Source of the DNA: Balanoglossus misakiensis
Lineage: Eukaryota; Animalia; Hemichordata
NCBI GenBank assembly: GCA_040954595.2
Contig: CM082576.2
Location: 11,659,129 to 11,723,128, forward strand
DNA: 64,000 nt
Direction of reading: 5' to 3'
This document shows, one piece after another, positions 11,609-24,192 of the stretch (position 1 is the first letter of the stretch; the number at the start of each line of letters is the position of its first letter). A model generated the notes under the pieces. The model had not been told where the DNA came from. It was given only the letters and a program-made list of their open reading frames with translations, and did no database searches. Both the position numbers and the translations under genes were made by a program.

Positions 11609-13666
11609 TTTCAGAGGGGCTGCGCTGATACGCGTGGTCTTTGGTGCGAGGTCAGCTCCGTCCTCATCGGGACTGGAATTCGCTCGGAAATTTTCATACA
11701 CGGTAAGTATTTGCATTGGCATATTAGCAGGCAGTCACGGTGTGTCGGGGGAGGTAGCATGTGCAGTATAAAATTGACTGCACAGAAAAAAGCGACGAGG
11801 TGCGAGAATTGAGAGCACGTTATACCATACTGAGCGCGACAGCTTTCAAACATGTCAAAGGGCAGAATTGGGTGATGGAAATGAATCTCGCAGCCTTGAG
11901 AGCAAAAGACGCACAGACGACAAGTAATAAAAAGTGGCCTAGAATTTGTTCACATATTTTTTCATGTTCCCTACCTACGTATGCTTCAAAACCACCCATT
12001 CCCCCAAAAGCGCGGAGAATTCTATAGGCGTAGCCTACATGTACGCTTTGTAAATAAACGCCAGCGTGGCAGCACAGAAAGTTGTCATCGAGAGTGCCAT
12101 ATATTATCCCTGTGGGTCGCAACTATACGTTAATTTGCATGTAAGTATATGGCAATTGGAGGAAACGATAAATTGCACAGGACATTTCCTAGCCGACACT
12201 CGACAGTTTATTCCTTTTTTAATATTTCGTTCAGCACGCATTTCTGTTTACATCATTTGGATCATAATGAGATTGGATGTGCTTTTAGTTTCTTTTCCTG
12301 GCGCGTGGTGGAGCAGAAGTGGGTCAATGTATTTAAATAGATTCAATATTGACCTGCGAGGTCAAGAAAAGGTGGGGGGGGGGGGGGGGGGCGTTTTCTT
12401 TATCATCCCCGATCGCAATATTTCGTACATTGTGTGTAATCAGTCATTGGAATGTAAGCGTGGGGCAATCGGATGAAATGGAAATTTTCATCGAGCGTTC
12501 AAAAAATCTCGTCTGAACCTATAGGCTTATGCAAAGTTACGTAATAGGGTATAGAAAAGTCTACAAGTGATGATGGATGAAAATGACAGTAGAATGGTCT
12601 CATTTGGAACGTGACATAAGACAAGGCTGTCCTTTGTCAACCGCCCATTGTTTTTTTGCAGACGATACAATATTATTTACGCATTGTACAAGAGTTTACT
12701 CAATGTTCAGGACTGAAAATACATCATCGGAAGACAGAATTGTGGTGTGCTTGAATAGTCTTTCGGAGGCCGGTAGCTGTGCACAATGCAAGGGGCCGGT
12801 GAATAAGCCGACAAGCTACACTGCACACAGTCGGCCTTTCCCTGGAGCAATCATCTGTGGTCCGTACACGGACACCGACTGTCTTTGATACAAAGGGCGG
12901 GGATATAGGCTTGAATATGCGGGGTATGCAAGGATATGCGGTAGTTCCTGCTTTCTTTCGGGCCCATCCTAAATGTAAATATCGCACCCATTATAAAGTG
13001 CGTTGCTAAATCATTTACATGTACCAGTTATGATTGATTATGCGCCGCCTGTTCATGCCACGACTACATCGAATAGCTCCCGACAGCTGTCAGGGCCAGA
13101 AAACAAATCGCTTCGGTGGAATGTCAGGGGGAAATGAAAACAGAAAAATATGAGTTTTTATCTCGATGGGTGCAATTAAGTTTCCCTCAATAAAACGGAG
13201 AGTTGCTCTTAACATTTTTTTCTCTTTTTCTGTCGAGATAAAAACGGCGTTTTGATATGACACCGCCATGTTTCTACTGTTGTATTTACTCAACAAATGT
13301 TCCCGAATGTTTAAACAGATTTTTAGTGCAAAATGTTAACACGGCTCATCATCTTCCTTCAGGCGAGTCGGCTGCAGCTGTTAGCTGACGAGAGCGCCAA
13401 AGCGCAGTTTCCGGGCGCCAAGACAGGTTACACACCCGACCTCGTGTTCGTGAGACCAGATAGATTCGAAGGGTTTCCGACATACAGAGTGCTCAACAAG
13501 AATGGGGAAATAATCAGCCCCGATCACGACCCCAAACTCGATGATGACGTCATAATAAAGATGTACAAAGTCATGACGACCACGACTACCATGGATACGA
13601 TATTGTATGAATCCCAGAGACACGTACGTATATGAACCTTGTCATTGTTCGTGGTGGTGGTTGTTG

Positions 13667-13731
<65 letters not shown>

Positions 13732-16726
13732 GTGATAAATGTAACCTTTTCCTCGCAAAACTAATTGATAAGACGTCATTCTTACAACTGGAAAACAGGG
13801 GTCACGATGTTTTTCCCTTCTCCAATAGGGTCGCATTTCATTCTATATGACCAACTTTGGTGAAGAGGGGACCCACGTTGGAAGTGCCGCCGCGTTGACT
13901 CCCCAAGATCTCGTGTGGGGACAATACAGAGAAGCAGGTTGGTTTCATCGTCACATTTGCATAAAAAAACGTGTCATCCGTGGATGTCAATGAGATGAGT
14001 GGCTCAGAATCGGTGAAACGTGAGGAAGGAATGGGACGTGCGACACTTTGCAGTTGGCAGAGATATTTTCAGATCGGACGATCATCCCACTTGCATGATA
14101 TCTGCTTAATTTGTCGCTACACTCCCACAATACAATGTACAATGTATCCCTGAAGCAAATGATCAATGATGGTATCATCGACGTTTGGCCTCAGTGTGTG
14201 ACAGCTTCCGATTTTGACTTATAGACTGCTATATGGCCGGTGCAACATGTGGGGGCAGGGAAGGCTTACTATTTTCGAAACACCTGACATGACTTCCTTT
14301 TTTTGCTGGAAGTTTTTCTTTCTTTCGCGGACTTGTTTTTGTTGATTATCTGTGCTGTGTTGTATTGTTTTGTGTCTGTCTTTGCACGTGGCTATTTAAA
14401 TAATGTATATTTGACCTATGAACTTTATAATATGGACCAGCATGATCACAAATATCCCATATACACTGTACATGTATACCCCTGGCGTCATGTGAGGTGC
14501 ATGGTTGTATTGGCCCCACACGACGTGTGAGCACTCTACAGAAGTGTTGACGAAGCTCCTCCGTTGTGAACACCTTCAAGCGCGCTGAATTATAATATTA
14601 AGCACAGAAACGAGTTTGATTGATTGATTGATTGATCGATTGCTTCAACAGGTGTGCTCATGTGGAGAGGTTTCCCGCTTGAACAGTTCATGGCTCAGTG
14701 CTATGGCAACGATGATGATATCGGACGAGGTCGCCAAATGCCAGTCCACTATGGAAGCCGCGATCTCAACTTCGTTACCATCTCGTCACCCTTGGCGACG
14801 CAGATGCCTCAAGGTATGGAATTCTTCTGTCCCACCACCTGTTGATGTTTGTTTTCCGATCACTATAAATATGAATATTCATAAGGGTCTATCCAATCAA
14901 TTGCCTAACTCAGGCTGCATGAATATTCAACATTTCCTTTCTCATCAATACACCAACTGACGTGACAGCTGTATATGATACCCTCCAACAGTATACGGTA
15001 GCGGAGAATTTACGAGGTATTTTATTAACAAAACATGCAAATCGTTTTTGCTGAAGGAATCTCTGGACGTCTAATCTGATAAAAATATTGAGATGAAATA
15101 AGGCACATATACGGAATGTTTAAAACAAGACGCTTTTAATTTTATTAGAGATCTCGCAACAACTTGCGCTGTACGTTACACTATTAAATATTATGACCGA
15201 CTATACAGTTTAGCTTCTATGGCGCGTTGCTACACATCGAAGAAAGTCGCGTATTACTTCTAAAACATTCAGTGAGTGATCCTGTACGACAGCTGCAGTA
15301 TCCGATAATCCCTTCCTTTAATGGCAACTGAGCGTCAGATTCGACGATGTGCAGATCGTCACAACAGCCTTAAAGGAAAAACAACAAATCGTTTCTAAAC
15401 CGTCTTTTAGATCAGCTAGAATTTAAGATTGGTCAATGTACATGTATTGTATTTCAGCTGTGGGGAGCGCATACGCTATCAAAAGAACCGGTCAGGACAG
15501 ATGTGTGGTGTGCTATTTTGGAGATGGAGCTGCCAGCGAGGGCGACGCTCACGCGGCTTTGAACTTTTCATCCACCCTCGACGTGCCCATCATCTTTTTC
15601 TGGTAAGTCGCGCACGCGCACTAATAATCGACTTAAACGTCGTATTATGTAAATAAAAGGAAATTCTAGAAAGAAGACTTCAATCCTGATCCTGTACTGC
15701 CATTGTCGACATCCTTCTTTTCGCAGCAGACCATAGTTATACCGCCGCCTATTGGTAGATTGCTCACATTTCATTGACTGCATGAGAGCCTGGTTTGTAA
15801 CTGTCAGTGTTTTTCTTTTGCATTTTCCCCTCTTGCAGTCGAAACAATGGATTCGCAATCTCCACACCAACCCATGAACAGTACAGAGGAGACGGAATCG
15901 GTGAGTAACATAATCACGGTCCCTCTACACAATAGGGACCGTGTATAATACATATATTCAATTGATCAAGACTTGGGACGTATCATTGAGCATTTTATAC
16001 CTATGTTAAATCTGAAATGCAAATAAGAATAGTAAACGGTCGCGTAATACGCGTTTTGGGGGAATTAGACTGTTATATTGAACCACAATTTGTTTCTGGC
16101 GAAGAAATGCTAACAGAACATCTTAGATGTTCGATGTTTTATCTCCGGGAAACTATTGCAAATGATTTTCCTACCCTACCCTGTCTTAAGAATTGTAACC
16201 ATTGGATATTCGTAGCGTGTGTGTCGAAAAATTGTTGCGAATTTTACTTTTCGATCTTGATCAAACTACAGCACGTTTGTAATTTGGATATAAGCGCGTC
16301 GCTGGACCTTTTAACATGTTATGGTGAACGTCACATAATTTCGCAAAAGCCCCTTAACTGTTAATTATTTTCCATTTCATACAGCATCTAGAGGTTCAGG
16401 TTACGGGATAGTATCAGTTCGAGTCGATGGAAACGACGCTTTCGCCATTTACAATGCAATGAAAAAGGCCAGAGAGATAGCCGTCAAGGAAAGCAGACCC
16501 GTTCTTCTCGAGGCAATGACATACAGGTAGGTTACACCCTCAAGTGAAGTTTTTTTCTCTCGATTTTTCTGCAAGATTCTGGCCTTGTTTCGCTCACCAA
16601 CGTCAACGACGAAACTGAACATTCCTGTGTATTTATAGCGGTCCAAACTTTGAGTTGTAAGGCACACGAGCAATCCCGCACATCCGTTGATGGTGGTGGT
16701 GGTGGTGGTGGTGGTGGTGGTGATGG

Positions 16727-16813
<87 letters not shown>

Positions 16814-17573
16814 CGACGACGACGACGACAATGATTTAGTAGTCATAAGTAATAACAGCATAAATTTTGTTTAATCTCCACTTGCAGACGCAGTCACCAT
16901 AGCACCAGTGACGACTCGTCAGCTTATCGATCAGTTGATGAAGTACGTTTGTGGGAAGAGCAGGATAACCCGATAAGGAGACTGAGGAAATACATGATTA
17001 ATAAGAATATATGGGATGAAGAGAAGGATAACGCATGGAAGGCAGAAACAAGAAAAAAGGTGCGTTCTTGCTTTTCTATGTGCGTGCGTGCGTGCGTATG
17101 TATGTATGTATGTATGTATGTATGTATGTATGTATGTATGTATGTATGTATGTATGTATGTATGTATGTATGTATGTATGTATGTATGTATGTATGTATG
17201 TATGTATGTATGTATGTATGTATGTATGTATGTATGTATGTATGTATGTATGTATGTATGTATGTATGTATGTATGTATGTATGAATGTTTGCACGTACG
17301 TATATAAGTGTGCATGAATGCAAATACGCATGAGAAATGTGTTTGAATCTGCCCCAAAATCTTAGAATCCGTCTTTTCCCGGCCTTCCATTGTCAGGTGA
17401 TGAAAGTTTTCCACAAGGCAGACAAAACCTTGAAGCCCAACCCGAAGACCATATTTGCCGATGTGTACGACGAAATCCCCGAAAGGCTGCACAAGCAGAT
17501 GATCGAAATGCAAGAACACGTTTCACAGTACAAGGAACACTACCCTGTCAACCAACACAAGAAAATGAAGTAA
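11601..17573 (+). CDS. BCKDHA: 2-oxoisovalerate dehydrogenase E1 alpha subunit, mitochondrial, copy A (most canonical)
   Basis: Nine exons: 11601-11702 (Arg/Ser/Ala-rich leader), 13363-13623, 13829-13937, 14652-14813, 15458-15602, 15839-15900, 16385-16526, 16888-17059, 17397-17573. Motifs: [42 protein letters not shown], ThDP motif [11 protein letters not shown]...[11 protein letters not shown], and [17 protein letters not shown]. Confidence 0.95.
12590..12680 (+). mobile_element. Non-LTR retrotransposon (LINE) reverse transcriptase remnant in BCKDHA-A intron 1
   Basis: Translates as [24 protein letters not shown], i.e. the LINE RT motifs RQGCPLS and (Y/F)ADD brought together by an internal deletion. 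Confidence 0.6.
13668..13730. repeat. (GAT)n microsatellite, BCKDHA-A intron 2
   Basis: Perfect GAT run of about 21 units. Confidence 0.98.
16691..16830. repeat. Compound (GGT)n(GAT)n(GAC)n microsatellite, BCKDHA-A intron 7
   Basis: Directly visible trinucleotide runs. Confidence 0.98.
17097..17284. repeat. (TATG)n microsatellite, BCKDHA-A intron 8
   Basis: About 47 perfect TATG units preceded by a short (TGCG)n run. Confidence 0.98.
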
Positions 17574-19482
17574 TTGGTGATTCTATATTCAGATGCCAGT
17601 GCCGTGTCACGAACTCACCAATCGATTCTTAATTATTCAAATTTACTTTGTACATCATAAGTCTATACCATATAAAAGTATTACGGGTCATAAACAATGA
17701 GTTATGACAAATGGTCGCTTCACATACCGTGTTCGGTATAAATGTCACGCTGGACTATGACGTCACCTTTTATCCCGTTTCCCACCTGACTCATTTCATG
17801 GCTAAGAATGTTATTCTAGATCGAAAATTTTAAAGGCTGCTTTGTCGTTTCACATTTATTGTTTATTGTCAGGAGATATTAATTTCACGTGGTCATGTCA
17901 TAATTTGGTCATGTCATACTGCGATGAATCATTAATTGCTACAAAAATCGTGTATCACATTTTCATTAAGCAAATGATGACATTTGATATTAAAAAAGAA
18001 CTTTGACTTTCTCTATATACAGATTGGCCGCGATCAGTAGCAAGCAAATGCCTTCAATTAACATTTTACTCGGGCAATATAGCCGTGTCTATTCAAAACA
18101 AAATACAATTATTTAATGATCAATGCATGGACCGTTTGGCTCGGCCAATGCATGGAATTAGCTGTGACGCTATCAGCGCAATAACGTATAGACTTTATTC
18201 ATGTGTACATTTTGGCCTATGGTCTGTAAACTGTGACCCAATCATTCTTTAATCTGTAGCCCCATCAATGCATACACTCTGACTTGATCAATGCAAAACG
18301 TCGACGACATCAATGCATGTAAACCTCTTCTATATTACATTTAATACGTAACGTTTGAACCACTTTTATCTGGTCACTGAGTACACCTTGCCTTTGTCAA
18401 TGCAAAACCCCTGACTGTACCAGTGCATTCAACTTGAGTCAGTCAATGTTTTATTATTGTTTTTCTGTTATTTAAAGGTGTTCAAATAATATGAAGGCCA
18501 TATGTTACTGCCAAACAACTGTTTTTTTTTTTAGCAATTTGATTTCCTGCACTGGAAAATTTAAAATTCTCTATACTTCAAGTATTTGTATGACGGTCCG
18601 CGTTTTATCTTAATTTAGACACTTGGTGTACTACTCTTAGCTAAACCATGGAGGTGCTAATCATTATGTATTTAAAAAATAGCTATGTCAAAATTTGTAA
18701 AACCATGTCCACGAATAAAATAATTAGATAATCGGGGTACTTTTTTCGTTCAAGTCTTTTATATTTCCACGTTTGTGAAAAAATGAGATCCATGGGTCGA
18801 ATACCATCATAAGTTACAAAGCCTACATGTACAATTTTCCCAACCACACTCCTCAGAAAACTTGAAATCCTTCCAAATCCTTAGCCTAGGTCAGCGATAC
18901 TGACGTTTAAGGTTGAAGCAATACCTTCATGTATTGCTTTGCTTTTGAAGATGTGGCAGCCACCCACGTACTTGAGTGTCCAAGGGCGCCATTCAACTGG
19001 GTCACCTCGACCCGAAGAAGGTCAATATATGCAAATCTCACGCCATGCCAGAGCGCGCTACACAATGACACATGGACTCAGAGACAAAGTGTGACCGAGG
19101 GTACCACGGTCACGGCATTGCATTGACATTGTCGAAGCAAAGGTGCATAACCTGAAATATTAGCATAAGCTTTATAGTGGGGGAACACTCTCTCCCGAAA
19201 TTAGAATATATTAAAGCAGACTGAATAGAGTCGTGGGCGCCATATCATACCCATCCCGAGAGTAACTGATTAGCTGTGAGCTTCTTCTTAATGTAAACAA
19301 GGTTTCCAAGGCACCTTTCGCCTGTACACTTCAGGACAAGATTGAGTCTATGGTTTTCGCGCTGGCTGAGGACATAGTTGTGATTCAACGTGGCAATGTG
19401 TACTTGAAAACCACGTATTATCAAGACTGAGAATTTTAAGGCTAGGTCGAACTCGAATATTATATTCACGACATTTATTATA

Positions 19483-22400
19483 ATGGCAACCAAATTCTCG
19501 AGCGCGATTTTTCGGTTATCCAGTGGGCTATCAAGACTGGCGGTCACTCGTACCAGATGTAAGCTTACAGCCAGTCGGACACTGTCATCTACTGTAAGTA
19601 TACTGTACGAGAAATACTCATACACTTTTGACGTGATTTGAACGTAATACGCAATACACAACGCAATTTGGTCGTCTGAAAGACGATCGCTGGTCAACGA
19701 CCAACGCGAAGGTCACGCAGTTATGGGAGGATGTATTGTGCCCGAACTCATCATGAACTGTCTATGTGAAAGTAAACGATACTCTAAAGAACTTTATTGA
19801 TGACTCTACTGGTTTTATTATTAGCATTTGAAATACCCTTTTCATCTCGCTTTATATTTGTTGAATCATTTATTTGTGCATGTTTACACCCTAGTTGGGT
19901 TCTTGTCAAGAAAATGTTTACATTGTACCGGAAATTATTAAAATAAGGGCTTGTCCTAATTCTCGTTATGATATGTTTAGTATATACTCGTCTGTATTTC
20001 GCTTCCATAGAAGCTTTAATAAAAAGTCGCAAATCAACGTTCGTATTTCCGTATATCACACACGAGGAAAGGGTTTGTATTCTTCAGCGAAGGCACGCTT
20101 CCAGCCATATAAAACCTACACTTTTAATCGGCCTACCCGTTCCCAGTTCCAAATTTCAGTGTTCTCACACAGGAAATTTTGAATTCGTACCATTGTCTAA
20201 ACCCCCCCCCCCCCCCTTGACGCAATATCTTGAGAACGGCGTAATGGGGCTCTAACTTTATACAATTTCATTTCCCAGTGCGTGAGATTGCAACAATCTG
20301 AATCTGATGATCCAATCCCAATAAGGACCTCCCACGATGTCACCGAAGCTATGAGGAGAAAACCTCTCATCGACGATGACGGACCGCAGTTTCCGGGCAC
20401 CTGGAGGTCGAGCTACACGGACTCCATGCAGTTCCTAAAGCCCGAACTACATGATGTTATCCCAACGTACCGAGTGCTGAACTGGGACGGCGAGATTGTG
20501 AAGGAGTCTGAAGAACCGCAGCTCAGCAAAGAGACAATTCTGGAGATGTACAAGACAATGAAGAAACTGCATACCATGGATGAAATTCTGATAAACGCAC
20601 AACGCCAGGTATATCAATAAGACTTGTTCAGTGCAAAACTTCACACAAAACCAGCCATATATCAAAGCAAGTCTGCCAGAAATGGATGTATTGGCAAAAA
20701 GTTAATTTCTATTCAATATCCTCACCACAAAGTTTTAGCATTTATTGAAATACACATCGTTCCATATGTTGTAGTCACTTTATTAGTACTGCACATCTTG
20801 AAAGCAATGCTTTATAGTAAAATTACAGTACCATGAGATCCTACAAATATGTGAAAATAAGTACAGGTGGATGTAATGCCACCCAAATCCGCGAGAACGC
20901 ACACAATTACCACTAGTTTTCGCGCCTGTTTTCGCAATCCATGCATTGTCAGATTTGGGATCGTCACTGTCCTATTTTGCGTATTCAAATAAGAACCACG
21001 ACTCGTGGAGTGAATGGTCACGGTTCAGAGAGGAGATCACGAGAAAGCTAGGTCGCGGTGGCACCATTCTTTTCACCATCGTTGGAATTGGAAAACTGTT
21101 GTTAAACCTCAAGAGTCTGAAACCTTCTCGTCTGACGACAGAATTTGTAAACTTTTGGCGGGAAGTCAGAGTTCATCTCCGTTTATTTTTGATGTTTTAG
21201 GGCAGAATTTCCCTTTACCTGGCATCTGAAGGAGAGGAAGGCACACACGTCGGAAGTGCCGCAGCTTTAGATCCAAATGATGAAATCTTCGCTCAGTACA
21301 GGGAACAAGGTGAGTTGGGGAACAACCCATCCCCCATTTTAAGAGAGATTAAGAAAGTACATGTACATGTACTTTCCCTTACAATACCATGTTTCCTGTA
21401 TTAACAGGAGTTCTGATGTGGAGGGGCTTCACTTTGTACCAGTTCATCGACCAGTGCATTGGCAATAGATACTCCAACTGTAGAGGGCGTCAAATGCCTT
21501 TGCATTTTGGGTCCAAAGAACTTCACTTCGTCACAATATCATCCCCGCTTACGACGCCATTGCCGCAGGGTAAGTAGATCATAAACCAGGTTCACGGCAT
21601 GCGCAGTTGAGTCAATGTGAACTTTCCACACCCCTGGGTACTTTTCGCGATGTGACAGTTCTGCAGTATCCACATGTTGACTGACCATGTGGGCAACAGC
21701 ATACGTCTGTATAAACCCGAAGGACTGTGAGTCTGTGAGACTGTGAGGTGTATTACAATATACATGGGTAGTATCGATTAACTAAATGGGAAATTTGACT
21801 CTTTCGCGAGCCACGACTGATTGACGCAGTGTCCTCTGTTACGCTGTGGATGAGCTGAGATTTTCATGGGAAAGGTTGAGATGTGCCGCCATATCCGCGT
21901 CGGTTATGAACGTGTAGTCACAAAACTCACCCGCCGCAGCTTTCCATTTAGGCCTAAAGGGAATGCAACAGAAAGAAAAGGGTATATAGCTTGACAACTG
22001 AAATGTTTTCTCCCGCCTGCTTGGACTCGTACCCCCACAGCTGCTGGTTATGCGTACGTACTGAAGAGAGCCCAGTCCAAGAACTGCGTCGCCTGCTATT
22101 TTGGAGACGGAGCTGCCAGTGAGGGCGATGCTCATGCCGCCTTCAATTTTGCGTCAACGCTCGAAGTGCCAGTAATTTACATATGGTAGGCCTAAGTCCA
22201 TGTTTGGATTGTTAATATAATTTAAGAATAATTAATATGTTTATTTCTATCAAATATTGTGTTGTCATAATTTTGGAAAATAAAAGACTGGTGATATTAG
22301 TATTTCTGACATAACTGATGTTATATGCTGAACAACAAAAACTACAGATAATATCTTGTGGCGCAGTTTATGTTACATTTATGTTACATACATTTTTTTA

Positions 22401-24085
22401 TTTTGTGGTAGTTGATAAAGGAGATATAGCAAGAAATTGGCATTTGTCCCTTTAAAATACGCATCTTTAATTTTTTGGCAGTCGAAATAATGGTTATGCA
22501 ATATCTACACCGACTTATGAGCAGTATCGTGGTGATGGCATTGGTAAGAAACCAAGTTTTACGTTTTTGTGGAATGCCATTGTCAGTAGTTTGGGGCTGA
22601 GCTGATTGTTTCGGGAACAAAATTTTCTGAAAATGTATTTATTATGAAATAATGAAGCCCATAGTAATGTACTGCTTGTAAATGCATCTAACTTCCCCCC
22701 AAACGTCGAAATAATATTTTCGGTCAAAACACAGCCAGGCTTTTATTTAAATGGTATATAGTATATGAAAGGTCATACTCCTAGTATAGTACGTCAAGGG
22801 TTATACACATAGTATATGTTAAAGGTTATATAAAGATCCCACCCATGTCTGTAGGGTGTCTTACACTACAATTGTCTGCACTTTTCCCCCTAGCTTCTCG
22901 CGGCCAAGGTTACGGGATGTGCACCATCAGAGTCGATGGTAATGATATCTTCGCTGTCTACAACGCCACTAAAGAAGCCAGGAGAATTGCCTTGGGGCAG
23001 AATCGGCCTGTGTTGGTAGAATGTATGTCGTACAGGTAAAGCCACGAGTGTATTAAATTTTGTGGGTTATGTTGTGCTTCATTTTCCCACTGACTATTCC
23101 CGCATTAATTCGTGTCTGATTAACATGACACTGCCGGGTGTGAGGTTAAAGGTATACGGTCACCTATACAAATTTAGCCACGGTTACCATGGTAAATTGA
23201 GATCTAACCAATCACAGATTTTCAGTGGGTGCCACGCGCGAAAATAAAGTGTTCTTTAGAACACTCATATACGCCATTTCAACTATATATATGGCGATAT
23301 GTAAATTGGAGGTGACCGTATACCTTTAATATCTGTTAGCAATATTTATGTGGAAGCGACGCTCAAAATGCACCAGCCAAAAAAAGGCGCACCCCGTGAC
23401 GTCAGCAGCAAAGAAGATAGGACTGTGTTGCACAGGTACAAGATGATGTTTATAATGTGTGGTACTTTCATTTGTCCATCAGAGTTGCACACCACGGCAC
23501 CGAATACCGATCCCAGGATGAAATAGAGTACTGGAAAAAATATAATCCTATAGACAGACTCCGAAAATATCTGATCAGAAAAGAATGGTGGAACGATGAA
23601 CAGGAAAAGCAGTGGGAGGAAGAAATAAGCAAAAAGGTTGGTTTAAAAACATTTCATGGCCATAGCATGTTTGCTAAGGAAAGGGAACGTAAACGACATT
23701 TTGGGGGGAGGGGGAATATATATGATGTGGACACCGGTTTTTATTCATAGACAAAATAAACTGCCAATCTTAGAATAGTTTGACGAAACTACAATGTCAG
23801 GATTTTCTTGACTTGAATATAGGATTATCATGGAGTGCATTTTGTTTTGGAAATGTTTTGTGTAAAAACACCGCCATTTGTTCTCGCTCGCTCCAGGTTC
23901 TTGGCGCTCTTACCTATGGCGAAACCCAAAAGAAAGCCCATCCATATATAATGTTCACCGACGTCTACAAGGAAATGCCGCCCTCGCTGAAGAAACAGGC
24001 CAACTACTTGATGAATCATTTGAAGGAGCATCGCGACAGGTATCCGAACCTAGAAAGTTTTGAGACTGAAGAAAGAGACGCCTGA
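19483..24085 (+). CDS. BCKDHA: Divergent BCKDHA paralog, copy B (site-1 Ser->Gly plus 5-aa loop deletion)
   Basis: Exons 19483-19593 ([37 protein letters not shown], presequence-like), 20279-20608, 21201-21309, 21408-21569, 22041-22185, 22482-22543, 22894-23035, 23483-23636, 23897-24085. Frame is open; [16 protein letters not shown] retained; loop reads HHGTEYRS. Confidence 0.88.
23150..23325. mobile_element. TTAA-targeting MITE with AGG...CCT termini (Kolobok/T2-like) in BCKDHA-B intron 7
   Basis: TTAA-AGGTATACGGTCACCT ... AGGTGACCGTATACCT-TTAA: 16-bp perfect TIR and TTAA duplication. The paralogous intron of copy C has a single TTAA (~29289). Confidence 0.85.
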
Positions 24086-24123
24086 AGAGACAACTGGGTC
24101 TCAATTTTTAAAGCTGCATCTAC

Positions 24124-24192
24124 TTAAAACCCTTTCACGCCTCGTCCCTCTTTCAGTGAGCTCCAAATTTACCGTGGTGGTGAAAGGGTTAA
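24124..24192. mobile_element. Short piggyBac-like inverted-repeat element in the BCKDHA-B 3' region (paralogous copy at 30098-30166)
   Basis: TTAAAACCCTTTCAC ... GTGAAAGGGTTAA inverted termini, with CCC/GGG ends next to TTAA. Confidence 0.45.

Noticed and set aside
16532-17519. ORFs with poly-Ser/Asp/Pro and (HTYI)n/(CMYV)n repeats; likewise poly-His at 13642-13836 and poly-Ser at 11034-11273
   Set aside because: Translations of intronic or intergenic microsatellites.
18119-18450. Repeat-spacer-like periodicity as a possible CRISPR array
   Set aside because: The repeated core is only about 7 bp and irregular, the context is eukaryotic and there are no cas genes.
19245-19697. 150-aa minus-strand ORF, with similar ORFs at 25371-25670 and 31554-31979
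   Set aside because: Antisense to the first exons of BCKDHA B, C and D; the similarity is explained by the duplication.
24124-24192. 3' UTR hairpin as a possible SECIS element
   Set aside because: No in-frame TGA in the BCKDHA copies and no AUGA/GA quartet with apical AA; better explained as a small TIR element.
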